Source: an uncultured Nitrospiraceae bacterium
GTDB lineage: Bacteria; Nitrospirota; Thermodesulfovibrionia; Thermodesulfovibrionales; SM23-35
NCBI GenBank assembly: GCA_963725545.1
Contig: CAVRZG010000033.1
Span: 2,205-66,204, forward strand
Reading direction: 5' to 3'
DNA: 64,000 nt
In this document: piece by piece, positions 51,886 to 62,297 of the stretch
Layout: each line of letters opens with the position of its first letter
Numbering within the stretch: the stretch's first letter is position 1
The notes under the pieces: model-generated
Database searches by the model: none
What the model was told of the DNA's origin: nothing
The model's input: only the letters and a program-made list of their open reading frames with translations
Position numbers and translations under genes: made by a program

Positions 51886-52116
51886 AGAACCCTATCAGTC
51901 ATCAGCATATTTCAAGGCTTTCCGTGCTGTTTCGGAAATTCATGTCGAATTCTCGGAACTCTTCTAACATCGCACGTCTGTTCTTGCATGCTCAGATATT
52001 CCATTGATGGGATGAAGAAGTGCTTGTCCTCCTTTTCAATGTGCACCGGATACCGCTTGATAAGAGTCTCCATGCATTTTACGATTTCTTTCAACGAATC
52101 TTTATCGGTGTCACGT
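51886..52116 (-). pseudogene. C-terminal fragment of a hemerythrin-domain protein
   Basis: YPVHIEKEDKHFFIP; 5' part missing. Confidence 0.65.
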
Positions 52117-52508
52117 AGTTCTCGTGCATGAAGGCCTCCAAAGAAAATATTACATTAATTTTAAGAAAGTGCAACTGAGTGTTGACAAGAAAGTCAATCC
52201 CGATAAAATTTAAAATATGTTGCTTTGCGAAATTGTGGTTTACTTTCTTCTGGGTCTCAGCATGGAGCTTTGTGACAATTATTCCAACTCCCGCTGCAAA
52301 ACGAGTATTTCTTCACGGACTGAGCACGCTTCTGGATCAATGAAACCGTAAGTGGGGTCAGACTTGTTTATTGCATTTTGATTAACTACAGGAAAGGCGA
52401 TAGGGTTAGGCCCATATTTTCTACAAATGTTGCTTGTGTATATGTAATGTTCAGGTTTTGTGTTTTGCTGCCTTTCTACTCTTTCCCGCCTTGTATATGG
52501 CAGGCTCT

Positions 52509-52680
52509 TCATTTACAGTCAGATTTCCTCCATCGCCATTCACTCTTGAAAACTCAATCTTGACCTCAGCAGATAAATCCCGCTCCTCCTCTTTCAACCG
52601 GTCGAGAGTCATGCGGAGATATTCTTCATCAATTTCAATGCCGATGCTGTTTCTTCGTAGACCTGCGGTATCCGCCCGGT
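52509..52680 (-). pseudogene. C-terminal fragment resembling an N4/N6 DNA methyltransferase
   Basis: LRRNSIGIEIDEEYLRMTLDRL; overlaps a following short ORF (52279-52512). Confidence 0.5.
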
Positions 52681-52791
52681 TTTCGCTATATCAGAATAAA
52701 TTCGATATCATTCTTCACAACGGCTGATTCGGCTCATAAGAAAAGGATAAGTCCCGGGCTTTTCAACGGGTACAATAATCAATTCTCCAGG

Positions 52792-53001
52792 TCATATCTC
52801 GACAGTCTCACTGTAGCCAATTTCTCTTTTCAAAGACGGCCTGCCGTGATGCTTTTGGATGTCTCTCATTTCTTCTTCAGAGACCGGCGGAATATTTTTA
52901 ATAAATAAAGCAAAGGACTCTTCGTGAATAACTTCTCTTACAGCATCTTTGATGAGACTGTAAAGCTCATCTCTGTCTATGGTCATCTGTTTTGCTCCCA
53001 T
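52792..53001 (-). CDS. small protein, putative antitoxin
   Basis: 69 aa, RBS; stop overlaps an ATG reading MTWRIDY (RelE/ParE-like start) that ends after 10 codons. Confidence 0.5.
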   Translation of the reverse strand: MGAKQMTIDRDELYSLIKDAVREVIHEESFALFIKNIPPVSEEEMRDIQKHHGRPSLKREIGYSETVEI

Positions 53002-53004
53002 CCT

Positions 53005-53220
53005 TTATCCTCCTTTATAACAGTAAAACCTGATGTCACATTCCTTGCAAATCTTTGTTTTATCAGACATTTCTTTTATAGCAAAATCTTTATTGATTAT
53101 GCAATGAGCAACCTCATCAAAATGCCTGCCTGCTTCTGCTACCAGTTTATCATCATAGTCTATCTCCATCAAGGCGTCTTTACGGAGTTTCCTCCGAAGT
53201 CCGGTAGATGGAATTAACAA
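53005..53220 (-). pseudogene. C-terminal fragment of a PD-(D/E)xK nuclease/helicase-like protein
   Basis: I.NKDF..ICKECDIRFYC terminal Cys motif, no intact 5' part. Confidence 0.5.
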
Positions 53221-53349
53221 CGAGCGAACATCGATTTAATAAATCTCTCGTTCTATGCGTAGCATGTAAATTGGATTCGCATATTTTATGCTTCCTGGAG
53301 ACGGTATATAATATGGATATGTTGCCCGAAAGAGATGGCTATACGGTAG

Positions 53350-54537
53350 ATGTTGCAGGACAAGCCGCTGATTAAAAAAGATGTCGTCATCATAGGGGCG
53401 GGACCTGCAGGCCTGATGTGCGCAATAGAGGCCGGTAAAAGGGGCAGGTCTGTGCTCGTGCTTGAGCATATGAATAAGATAGGGAACAAGATCAGGGTTT
53501 CAGGCGGCGGCCGCTGCAATTTCACCAATATAAACCTGCGTCCGGACCATTACCTGTCCGCAAATCCCCATTTCTGCAAGTCCGCCCTTGCGCGTTTCAC
53601 TCCCGGTGATTTTATCGGCATGATAGAGAAGCACGGGATTGCTTATCATGAAAAGGAAGAGGGCCGGCTCTTCTGTCGGGGCACATCCGGAGATATCATA
53701 AGGATGCTCAGCCAGGAATGCCTCAGTTCAGGGGTCCAAACTCTTCTAAATTGCAGCGTCGTAGGAATAACAAAGTCAGATCTCTTTCACATTTCAACAA
53801 ATTCCTGCAGGATTGAAGCAAGCTCTCTGGTCATAGCAACAGGCGGTCTGTCATATCCCGACCTTGGGGCGACAGACACAGGATTCCGCATCGCTAAGCA
53901 GTTCGGGTTGAAAATCACAAAAATGAAACCGGCGCTTGTGCCTCTCGTGTTCGGACCGGGTGACCTGAAAAAGTTCGCTGACCTAAGCGGACTTTCATTT
54001 GATGCCCGGGTCACATGCGGGAGAAGACAATTCACGGGTAAAATCCTGTTTACCCACAGGGGTCTGAGCGGACCTGCAATCCTCCAGGCCTCTTCATACT
54101 GGGATGCCGGAAATGAGTCTGCAATTGATCTTATGCCCGGAGTAGATTCCTACGGGCTTTTGCAATCCAACCGGCAGAGCCGGATCGAGTTGGCCAACCT
54201 CCTCTCACAATATCTTCCAAGAAAATTCAGTCACAGGTGGTGTGAGCTGCAGGCGCCGTCACAGCCGTTGTGCCGGTATAATGAAAAACAGCTCCGGGAT
54301 ATCTCATATCATATCCATCACTGGACTATAAGGCCGGCAGGCACCGAGGGGTATAAAAGGGCGGAGATCACCGCCGGCGGAATCGATACTGATGAATTGT
54401 CATCCAAAACAATGGAGTCAAAGAAAGTGCAGGGTCTTTTCTTTGCCGGAGAGGTCGTTGATGTTGCAGGGCAGCTGGGCGGATATAACCTCCAGTGGGC
54501 GTGGTCCTCAGGGTTTGTTGCAGGCCAGTATGCATAA
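53350..54537 (+). CDS. HI0933/YhiN (BaiN-like) flavoprotein
   Basis: GAGPAG, SGGGRCNFTN, LFTHRGLSGP, GEVVDV.G.LGGYNLQWA. Confidence 0.93.
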   Translation: MLQDKPLIKKDVVIIGAGPAGLMCAIEAGKRGRSVLVLEHMNKIGNKIRVSGGGRCNFTNINLRPDHYLSANPHFCKSALARFTPGDFIGMIEKHGIAYHEKEEGRLFCRGTSGDIIRMLSQECLSSGVQTLLNCSVVGITKSDLFHISTNSCRIEASSLVIATGGLSYPDLGATDTGFRIAKQFGLKITKMKPALVPLVFGPGDLKKFADLSGLSFDARVTCGRRQFTGKILFTHRGLSGPAILQASSYWDAGNESAIDLMPGVDSYGLLQSNRQSRIELANLLSQYLPRKFSHRWCELQAPSQPLCRYNEKQLRDISYHIHHWTIRPAGTEGYKRAEITAGGIDTDELSSKTMESKKVQGLFFAGEVVDVAGQLGGYNLQWAWSSGFVAGQYA

Positions 54538-55123
54538 CTCCAGGACCATAATTCTTGCATCGGCTTCTCCGAGGAGGAAGGAAATTCTCGAAAAGACGGG
54601 CCTGAAATTCAGGGTCGATGAAAGCCTGTACGAAGAGAAAATGATGCCTGGAATGAAGCCCCGCGAACTCGTCAGGTTTCTCTCAAGAGAAAAGGCCGGG
54701 GATGTTGCCGGGAGACACAGTAATGCCATTGTGATTGCCGCCGACACGATCATTGTATTCAGAGGCAGGATTTTCGGCAAACCACTCAACAGGGACCATG
54801 CAAAGGAAATGCTGAAGGCGCTTAGCGGCAATGTCCATTCCGTTATAACGGGATTCACCATAATAGATGCGGCCTGCGGGAAAGAGCTGACCGGATCGGC
54901 AGAGACAAAGGTCTTTTTTAAAAGGCTCAGTGATGAGGATATAGAGGCATACATCGGTTCCGGCGAACCCATGGACAAGGCCGGAGCATACGGCATTCAG
55001 GGACTGGGCGCTGTGCTGGTAAAGAGGATAGAAGGTGATTTCTTTAATGTAGTAGGTCTTCCTTTATACTCCCTCTCCGAGAGCCTGAAGAAATTCGGGG
55101 TTAGTGTAGTTAGTATCAAATAA
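54530..55123 (+). CDS. maf: Maf family nucleoside triphosphate pyrophosphatase
   Basis: ILASASPRR, AADT, GKP, DKAGAYGIQG, NVVGLP. Confidence 0.93.
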   Translation: MHNSRTIILASASPRRKEILEKTGLKFRVDESLYEEKMMPGMKPRELVRFLSREKAGDVAGRHSNAIVIAADTIIVFRGRIFGKPLNRDHAKEMLKALSGNVHSVITGFTIIDAACGKELTGSAETKVFFKRLSDEDIEAYIGSGEPMDKAGAYGIQGLGAVLVKRIEGDFFNVVGLPLYSLSESLKKFGVSVVSIK

Positions 55124-55137
55124 GGTATATTAATAGA

Positions 55138-56525
55138 GTGAAATTTGAAGAACTGAATATCAATCCAAAGGTACTGGAAGGAATCAAAGCCGCAGGATTT
55201 ACCGATTGCACGCCGGTCCAGGCCCTGACACTGCCGGTAGCACTGGAGGGCAGGGACATCGCAGCCCAGGCACAGACAGGCACAGGCAAGACCGCTGCCT
55301 TCCTTATAGCCATGTTCTCACGCATGCTTGAACTGCCTTCCCCGGGACGCGGCCTGTCGCCCAGAGCGCTCATTATCGCGCCGACGCGGGAGCTTGTTAT
55401 CCAGATAGACGCGGAGGCCAGGCTGTTGGGAGGCCCCGCCGGTTTCAGGATATTGCCTGTGTTCGGCGGTATCGATTATCTCAAGCAGCGTGAAGATATC
55501 TCAAAGGGAGTTGACGTACTCATAGGAACTCCGGGCCGGCTGATCGATTATCTCAAGCAGAAGGTTTACAGCCTCAGAAAGAGTCAGTTCCTTATCATCG
55601 ATGAGGCAGACCGAATGTTCGACATGGGTTTCATAAGCGACCTTCGCTTTCTGCTTAGAAGGATGTCTCCCTACGACAAGCGCCAGTCCATGCTCTTCTC
55701 CGCCACCTTGTCCAACCGGGTGCTTGAACTATGCTATGAACATATGAACATGCCTGAACGTTTCTCGGTGACGCCTGAGAATATTACGGTGGAACAGGTA
55801 GAGCAGGAAATCTATCACGTCGGTTCGTCCGAAAAGTTCGGCACTTCTGCTGGGCATGCTCAGTCGCGAGCCTGACGGCCGCTATCTCGTCTTCTGCAAC
55901 ACCAGGGCCGCTGCCGAAAAGGTCGAGGCCCAGCTGAAAGCTAACGACTATAAGGCGGCCTCTATAACAGGTGACATTCCCCAGGAGAAGAGGATGAAGG
56001 TCCTGTCCCGCTTCAAGGACGGAACATTGTCCATCCTCGTGGCTACTGATGTGGCAAGCAGGGGTCTCCATATCGAAGGCGTAACACACGTGATCAATTA
56101 TCGATCTTCCCCAGGACCCGGAGGACTATGTGCACCGGATCGGGAGGACCGCCCGCGCAGGAGCAGGCGGCAGGGCCATCAGCCTTGCTTGCGAGAAATA
56201 CGTGCATACCCTCCCGGACATCGAGGAGTACATCAGACAAAAGTTGCCGGTCATGCCGATCACTGAGGATATGATCGTCACCGGCTATCGCAGGACTCGG
56301 GGGTTTCAGCGGATAAGAGGACTCATTCCCAAGGGAGAGGCTCAGGGTCCGCCGGGAGTAAGGACAGGCGTCCGCGCACCGGCAAACCTTCGCACACTTC
56401 TGAAAAGTCCGGCCGCAGGCCTGAGAGAAGCCGAACTCCTCGGAGAGACCGATAACCCTGTTCTGAGATCTTGTGATAGTAACCCTTCTTGCGGGATAAA
56501 AAACATAGATGAAAGACAAACATAA
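55138..56525 (+). CDS. DEAD-box RNA helicase, RhlB-like (frameshifts; 3' end uncertain)
   Basis: [38 protein letters not shown]. Confidence 0.92.
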
Positions 56526-58089
56526 GACAATCGAACAACTTGCAGAAGAGGTCGTTGAATTGCGCGGGCATGTCAGCAATTTGAGAGATTCCGAGCGGAA
56601 ATACCGGACCTTGTTTGAGGAATCAAAAGATGTTCTTTATGTCTGCACACCTGACGGTAATTTTCTCGATATAAACGCTGCGGGAGTTGAGTTGTTCGGC
56701 TACGATTCAAAAGAGGAGATGATTAACATCAATATCGCTCAGGACCTCTTCGTGAATTTTCAGGAGAGGAATGCCTGCGTACAGATAATCCGGGGTAACG
56801 GGTTCGTGAAGGACTACGAAGCAGTTATGAAGAGAAAAGACGGCACTCATGTTATTGTGCTCATAACTGCTGTAAGTGATCGTGATGAGTCGGGAAAGAT
56901 CGTGGCATACAGGGGGATAATCAAGGACATTACAGAATGGAAGCGACTCGAACAACAGCTTTTTCAGGCACAAAAGATGGAGGCCGTGGGACAGCTTGCC
57001 GGAGGCATTGCACATGATTTTAATAATATCCTCACTGCCATAATAGGATATGGGAACCTCCTGAAAGCACATCTGGAAGATGGACTGCCCGCAAAATACC
57101 TGAACTATATACTGGAATCTGCCGACAGGGCTGCGAAACTCATCCAGGACCTCCTGGCCTTCAGCAGGAGACAGATGATCAGCCCGAGACTGGTTGACCT
57201 GAACACAGTCATAGAGGGCGTTAAGAACATCCTCTCACGGCTCATCGGTGAAGATATCGAACTTTCAGTTCAACTGTACGAAGGCATATTGCCTGTTATT
57301 GCGGACAGCACACAGATAGAGCAGGTGCTTTTGAATCTCGCTACTAATGCGCGTGATGCAATGGCTGAAGGCGGCAGTCTGTTTATCTCTACTGAACTGA
57401 CGAACATAGATGAGAGATTCATCAAAACCTATGGATATGGAAGGGCAGGAGAATATGCCCTGATTACCGTTTCCGACACGGGTTCCGGTATGGACCAGAA
57501 GATAAAGGAAAAGATCTTTGAGCCGTTTTTTTCTACCAAGGAAGTAGGTAAAGGAACCGGCCTGGGCCTTTCTATGGTCTACGGAATAGTCAAGCAGCAT
57601 AACGGATATATCAATGTTTACAGCGAAGCAGGCAGGGGAACTACTTTCAGGATATATCTTCCATCGATGAGGGAGGAATCACATGAGGAAAAGGAACCGG
57701 ATGCCACGGACTTAAAAGGCGGAACAGAGACTATACTCCTTGCGGAAGATGACTTCCCCGTTAAGAAGTATATCAGGGAATTGCTCGAAGGAGTCGGCTA
57801 TACGGTTATTGAAGCGGGAGACGGGAAAGAAGTGCTGGAGGTATTCAGTAAATATAAAGACACTATCAAGATGCTTATCCTTGATTTGATCATGCCGAAA
57901 ATGAACGGTAAAGAGGTCTTCAGGGCCATACGGGAATTGAACCCGCAGGTGAAAGCCCTTTTCATAAGCGGCTACAGCGCTGATATCCTTCACCAGAAGA
58001 AAATAGTGGAAGACGGTTATGATGTAATCTCAAAACCTGTTTCATCTGCCAAGCTGTTGACAAAGGTAAGGGAAGTCCTGGAAAAATAG
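56509..58089 (+). CDS. PAS hybrid histidine kinase/receiver
   Basis: AHDFNN H-box, NARDAM, DTGSG, GTGLGL, C-terminal REC. Confidence 0.93.
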   Translation: MKDKHKTIEQLAEEVVELRGHVSNLRDSERKYRTLFEESKDVLYVCTPDGNFLDINAAGVELFGYDSKEEMININIAQDLFVNFQERNACVQIIRGNGFVKDYEAVMKRKDGTHVIVLITAVSDRDESGKIVAYRGIIKDITEWKRLEQQLFQAQKMEAVGQLAGGIAHDFNNILTAIIGYGNLLKAHLEDGLPAKYLNYILESADRAAKLIQDLLAFSRRQMISPRLVDLNTVIEGVKNILSRLIGEDIELSVQLYEGILPVIADSTQIEQVLLNLATNARDAMAEGGSLFISTELTNIDERFIKTYGYGRAGEYALITVSDTGSGMDQKIKEKIFEPFFSTKEVGKGTGLGLSMVYGIVKQHNGYINVYSEAGRGTTFRIYLPSMREESHEEKEPDATDLKGGTETILLAEDDFPVKKYIRELLEGVGYTVIEAGDGKEVLEVFSKYKDTIKMLILDLIMPKMNGKEVFRAIRELNPQVKALFISGYSADILHQKKIVEDGYDVISKPVSSAKLLTKVREVLEK

Positions 58090-58116
58090 CGTCGTTGTGC
58101 GGAGCGTGTTGTAAAT

Positions 58117-58977
58117 ATGAACGATCTTATACTTGTTGTCGACGATGATACGGTCATCCTGCAGTTCATGAAGACAGTGCTCGAAATTGCCGGATATAAA
58201 TGCGAAACAGCTACAAATTCCCAGTCCGCCCTTGAACTTGTCGGCAGTACCGCTTTTGACATGATGATAACCGACATTGTCATGCCGAAAATGAACGGGC
58301 TGGAACTCACTGAGAAGGCCAAGGGTCTCAGGCCCGGCATGCCTGTCATCGTTACGACCGGTTTTGTCGACAATTTTTCCTATGATAAAGCCCTGGAAGC
58401 AGGAGCAGCCGACTTCCTGAAGAAGCCTTTCACCGAAAAAGAACTGCTAGCCAGAATAAAACACGTCAAGATGCAGGAGGAGATACGGAACCTTACGCTG
58501 AGGGATGAACTCACCGGCGTCTATAACAGACGGGGATTTTTTGCGCTCGTGGAACATCAGTTCAAGATCGCAAAGAGAGACAATACAGGCATATTCATGC
58601 TTTATGCGGACATGGACAACCTGAAGAAGATCAATGATTCACTGGGGCATCAGGAAGGGGACAGGGCACTGGTTGAGATAGCCGGGATCCTCGTGAAAAA
58701 TTTTCGCGGGTCGGACATCATTGCTCGCATCGGCGGGGATGAATTCGTAGTCTTTCCTATAGGCACGTCGACAGACGCTGTTGAGAATACCCTTGGTCGT
58801 CTTCAAAAGGCTCTTGAGGCTTTCAATGCAGAAAATACCAGGGGGTACTCCTTGTCCATAAGTTCAGGCATATCGTTCTATGACCCTAATGCGCCTTGTA
58901 CTATCGATGATCTATTGTCTATGGCCGACAGATCTATGTATGAGCGTAAAATGAGCAGACCCCTGCCGGGTTCGTAG
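58117..58977 (+). CDS. REC-GGDEF diguanylate cyclase
   Basis: REC (DD, D, K), INDSLGHQEGD, RGSD I-site, GGDEF. Confidence 0.93.
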   Translation: MNDLILVVDDDTVILQFMKTVLEIAGYKCETATNSQSALELVGSTAFDMMITDIVMPKMNGLELTEKAKGLRPGMPVIVTTGFVDNFSYDKALEAGAADFLKKPFTEKELLARIKHVKMQEEIRNLTLRDELTGVYNRRGFFALVEHQFKIAKRDNTGIFMLYADMDNLKKINDSLGHQEGDRALVEIAGILVKNFRGSDIIARIGGDEFVVFPIGTSTDAVENTLGRLQKALEAFNAENTRGYSLSISSGISFYDPNAPCTIDDLLSMADRSMYERKMSRPLPGS

Positions 58978-58988
58978 ATGCATCGCTT

Positions 58989-59405
58989 CTAGATCCTTAT
59001 CCCGTCGCACAGCATCTCAAAGATGTCTTCGTATTTTGAATCCAGTTTTCTGTAAGTCTGATTGCCGATGAATTTGTTCTTCATCGCAAATTTCAGACAG
59101 GTCTGTGTCTTGGATGCCGCCTGTGCAGCGTCGGAGAGTTTGTCCAGAAAAACATTCTTCTGTTGTTTCATCCTCCAGGCCTCTGCCAGGTTGATACAGA
59201 CCAATTTGGAATGCCTGCGGACCTGGTCGGTGAGAAAGAGCTTTTCCTTCGGGAACCTCTTTGAGGTCTCAAATATTTCTTCGAATATTTCTATCGATGT
59301 CTCGAAGACAAACTTGTAGACTTCAAAATCCATTTCTTCATTCTGTTTCTTTACAGTCTGTAGCATGATTTTCTCCTGATTTCCCTTGCCTGCTGTTACA
59401 GGCAT
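58989..59405 (-). CDS. four-helix-bundle (23S rRNA IVP-like) protein, divergent
   Basis: DFEVYK..FPKEK..LTDQVRR.S..V..NLAEAW. Confidence 0.78.
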   Translation of the reverse strand: MPVTAGKGNQEKIMLQTVKKQNEEMDFEVYKFVFETSIEIFEEIFETSKRFPKEKLFLTDQVRRHSKLVCINLAEAWRMKQQKNVFLDKLSDAAQAASKTQTCLKFAMKNKFIGNQTYRKLDSKYEDIFEMLCDGIRI

Positions 59406-59414
59406 TCGAACTGT

Positions 59415-61224
59415 TTACTTTTTATGGCAATATTGTCCGGCAATCCTCATCTCTCTCCGGTCCTCTGCCCCTCCTGTCATTTCGCCGCTCTCCAAAGGAA
59501 GAAAATTACTCATGGGAAGGTATTTGAGAAAATAGAAGGCACGCTGAGCAACAACAGGAACAGGATCTACAGAGAGTTTTGTAAGGACCGAAAAATTTTT
59601 CTCACTGGGGAAGCGGCTGAGGACGTCTACGCACATTAAACGGATATGCCAGTCCGGATTCGTCGCCGCATCCCTGAACAACTCACAGTCTTCATCCGAA
59701 GAGCACGCAGCCAATGCCCGAAATGCAGGCATGTTTTCTTCCGCGACGTTAGACAGGGCAAGCCTCTTCAAGGCTTTCTTTGACTCGGTTCCGCCGATGC
59801 GGCCGAGACATTCGATGATGAGTGCTTTTGTCCGCAAAGATACGGACGACAGATGGGAGATGAGAACAGGCGCGCTTTCGCGATCAGCTAATCTTCCAAC
59901 CGCATTTATGATACTGGCAATGGGGTATTTTGCAAGGGCCTTTCTAAGTACCGGCAGCAGCCCCGGGAAATGCGCCCTGACAGCAACTTCCGCCGCAACG
60001 GTAATATAGAAACCCGGATTATTATCGAGCCATTGGGTCCACGGAAGGCATTTCATAATGGATTTTTGCCCGCTTAGCTGTGAAATAACCAGGATCCGGC
60101 TGTCGAGTGGCAGATCGAGTATCTCAAGAGCTATACAGACCGGTGAAGTCCCCGTGATTGAGGAGATAACAAGCCGCGTTTCATCATCCGTATCGCAATC
60201 AATCAGCAATGAGCGTATCTGCTTTTTATATGCGCGCAGTACGGAATGGAGCAAGGGCCTCATATTCCATGAAATCCTAAGATATAAATCCAGAACTGCA
60301 GGCGCAAGGGCGGGGTTTTTGATCTTCAGAAGGGCTTCTGCAATGCGGCTGATGTATTCACAGTCTCTGCCGCAGGAGTTTGATGGCGTCTGATAGAAGT
60401 TGTGCGTTTAAGGATTTGGGAAAACGGGCCGCCAGCTGAAAACCCCAGGACTGCATGAAGCCCCGGGCTTTGAGCAGACCTGGGACAAGGTCCGCACGGT
60501 ATCTCAGGCAGGCAGGCAGGGTACAGGACCCGGAGAACGCCTCTGAGACAATTGAGAGCGCCTTTTCGTCGTCGGCGCAGGGACCTGCAGCGAGCAGACA
60601 ACATGCTGCGGAAGTCCTTATGGCGCTGTTGGGATCGTCCAGGTAAGGCAAAACAGACTCGCGAAAACCCGGCGCATTCAGGGGTTTCTCCGGGATGCCT
60701 TCCATGACGTATCTGAGCAGCCCAAGATAATTCTCGGTGTCAATCTCTCTCCTGAACTTCAACCAGTGTTTCACCAATACTTTAAAAGCGGACAGACCGC
60801 CGATACAGGCAATTGCCTCGGCTGCCATCGGGCCGATCATGTTGTCCTGCAAGACCTCCGAGAGCAGCGAAACGGCAGATGGGGAACGGAGTTCTCTGAG
60901 CGCATGCACTGCAGCCATCTGCAACAGGGGCGATGCCTTTAAGAAGCTGCCGAGGTCGTCAGAAACTCTGACATCCCCCAGATGACCAACCGCCAAAATG
61001 GCTGCATGGACAACCTCGGCATCGGGATGATGAAGAAGGGTCCTCAAGGCGTCGAGCGTCCTGATATCGTTGAGTTTATAAAGTGTCCGGACTGCTGCAA
61101 GCACCGCCATGGGGTCCTCGTGATTCAGCAGGCTCAAGACCTCCGAGAGTTTTCTTGAAAAGGTAAGACTGCTGCAGATATGAATATCAAATGCTTTTCG
61201 TTCTATCAAGGTTTGAGCTATCAT
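59415..61224 (-). CDS. HEAT-repeat protein (single gene with a frameshift near 60380)
   Basis: Repeated L.D.D..V..AA..LG motifs; frame of 59415-60263 stays open up to about 60408. Confidence 0.75.
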
Positions 61225-61263
61225 TTTATAATCTCTATCCCCGGCTCTTTTTTGCCCATATAC

Positions 61264-61710
61264 TTACGAGGAGTACTCCATAACATTCTGTTGCGTCTGT
61301 GTTGTTCCGTTGAACATTTTGCCGATGACCCTGTAGAGATTCTCGCTCTGAAACGGCTTGGTAAGACAAGCGCTGGCGCCGGCTTTCATCCCTTTTATTG
61401 TGTCTTCTTCTCTGCCCTGGGTCCCTGTCACCAGGACCGGAATATCCTGAAAAACCTTCCCGTTTCTGCAATGGTCCAGGAAATCAAGACCGTTCATGCC
61501 CGGCATGTGGATATCAAGGATTATGAGGTCCGTGTCCGGATGATGCTCCAGTTTGTTCAAACCCTCCTGTCCGTGATATGCATGGAGAATCTCCACCCCT
61601 TTGTTTCCGGATCTCATAAATATAAGGTCGTACATTCTGTGAAGGAGCTCTGAATCGTCGATAACAAGGATCTTCTTGATGTTGTTGTTGACATAATCGC
61701 TCTCGTTCAT
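61264..61710 (-). CDS. single-domain response regulator
   Basis: VIDDS, LDIHMP, T, KP. Confidence 0.9.
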   Translation of the reverse strand: MNESDYVNNNIKKILVIDDSELLHRMYDLIFMRSGNKGVEILHAYHGQEGLNKLEHHPDTDLIILDIHMPGMNGLDFLDHCRNGKVFQDIPVLVTGTQGREEDTIKGMKAGASACLTKPFQSENLYRVIGKMFNGTTQTQQNVMEYSS

Positions 61711-62078
61711 GCAATCCCCATATTTCTTAACGCATCTTTAATAACGTTTGTCGAAACCGGCTTCTCAAAATAGAAAGCCGCGCCCAAGTTATAAGCCCTG
61801 CTCATAACATCCTGATTTCCGAAAGCGGTTATCAGAATAACCTTTGTCTCCGGGTTGCGCTCCTTTACATAACGAATGACTTCAAGTCCTTCCTCCCCTG
61901 AAATTCCGGAGAGGCGAAGGTCCGCAATCACAGCGTCATAGTATTTGTCTATCAGAAGAACCTTTACGTCTTCCATGCTCTCAGCCGTGTCGACATCTAC
62001 ACCCGGCGTCTTAAGAAGTTTCTTAAAGGCGAGCAGAATCGTAGTTTCATCATCCACCACCAATACATTTTTTTGCAT
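61707..62078 (-). CDS. single-domain response regulator
   Basis: VVDDE, ADL, TA, KP. Confidence 0.9.
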   Translation of the reverse strand: MQKNVLVVDDETTILLAFKKLLKTPGVDVDTAESMEDVKVLLIDKYYDAVIADLRLSGISGEEGLEVIRYVKERNPETKVILITAFGNQDVMSRAYNLGAAFYFEKPVSTNVIKDALRNMGIA

Positions 62079-62162
62079 ATTCCGTCTGCTCCTTTTCAGC
62101 TGGCAAGTTCTGCAACTATTTTGTGTTGTAGAAACTGAGACTGTTGTTCTTCATGCTATAAA

Positions 62163-62287
62163 GCAAAAGAAATGCCAGACGGAATAGAAATAAAATATCA
62201 ATTAAATCAGCAGGTTGGATAATTTAAATGCAGCGGCTGGATTCTCACTTTTGCAAATCCATTCTCAAAGTTGAGAATGATGAGAAT
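62163..62287 (-). promoter_or_regulatory. sigma54 promoter with IHF-like site and upstream palindromic activator sites
   Basis: TGGCATTTCTTTTGC at 62163-62177; ATTCTCAAAGTTGAGAAT at 62261-62278 plus extra TTCTCA/TGAGAA half sites. Confidence 0.75.
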
Positions 62288-62297
62288 CGTCGGGATA

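Noticed and set aside
52182..52197. TTGAC-N6-GTCAA as an FNR/DNR box
   Set aside because: Spacing is 6 rather than 4; fits back-to-back -35 hexamers equally well
58117..58977. REC-GGDEF as the Hypr (cGAMP) synthase feeding the riboswitch
   Set aside because: It has GHQEGD with Asp at the specificity position; Hypr enzymes have Ser there, so it looks like an ordinary diguanylate cyclase
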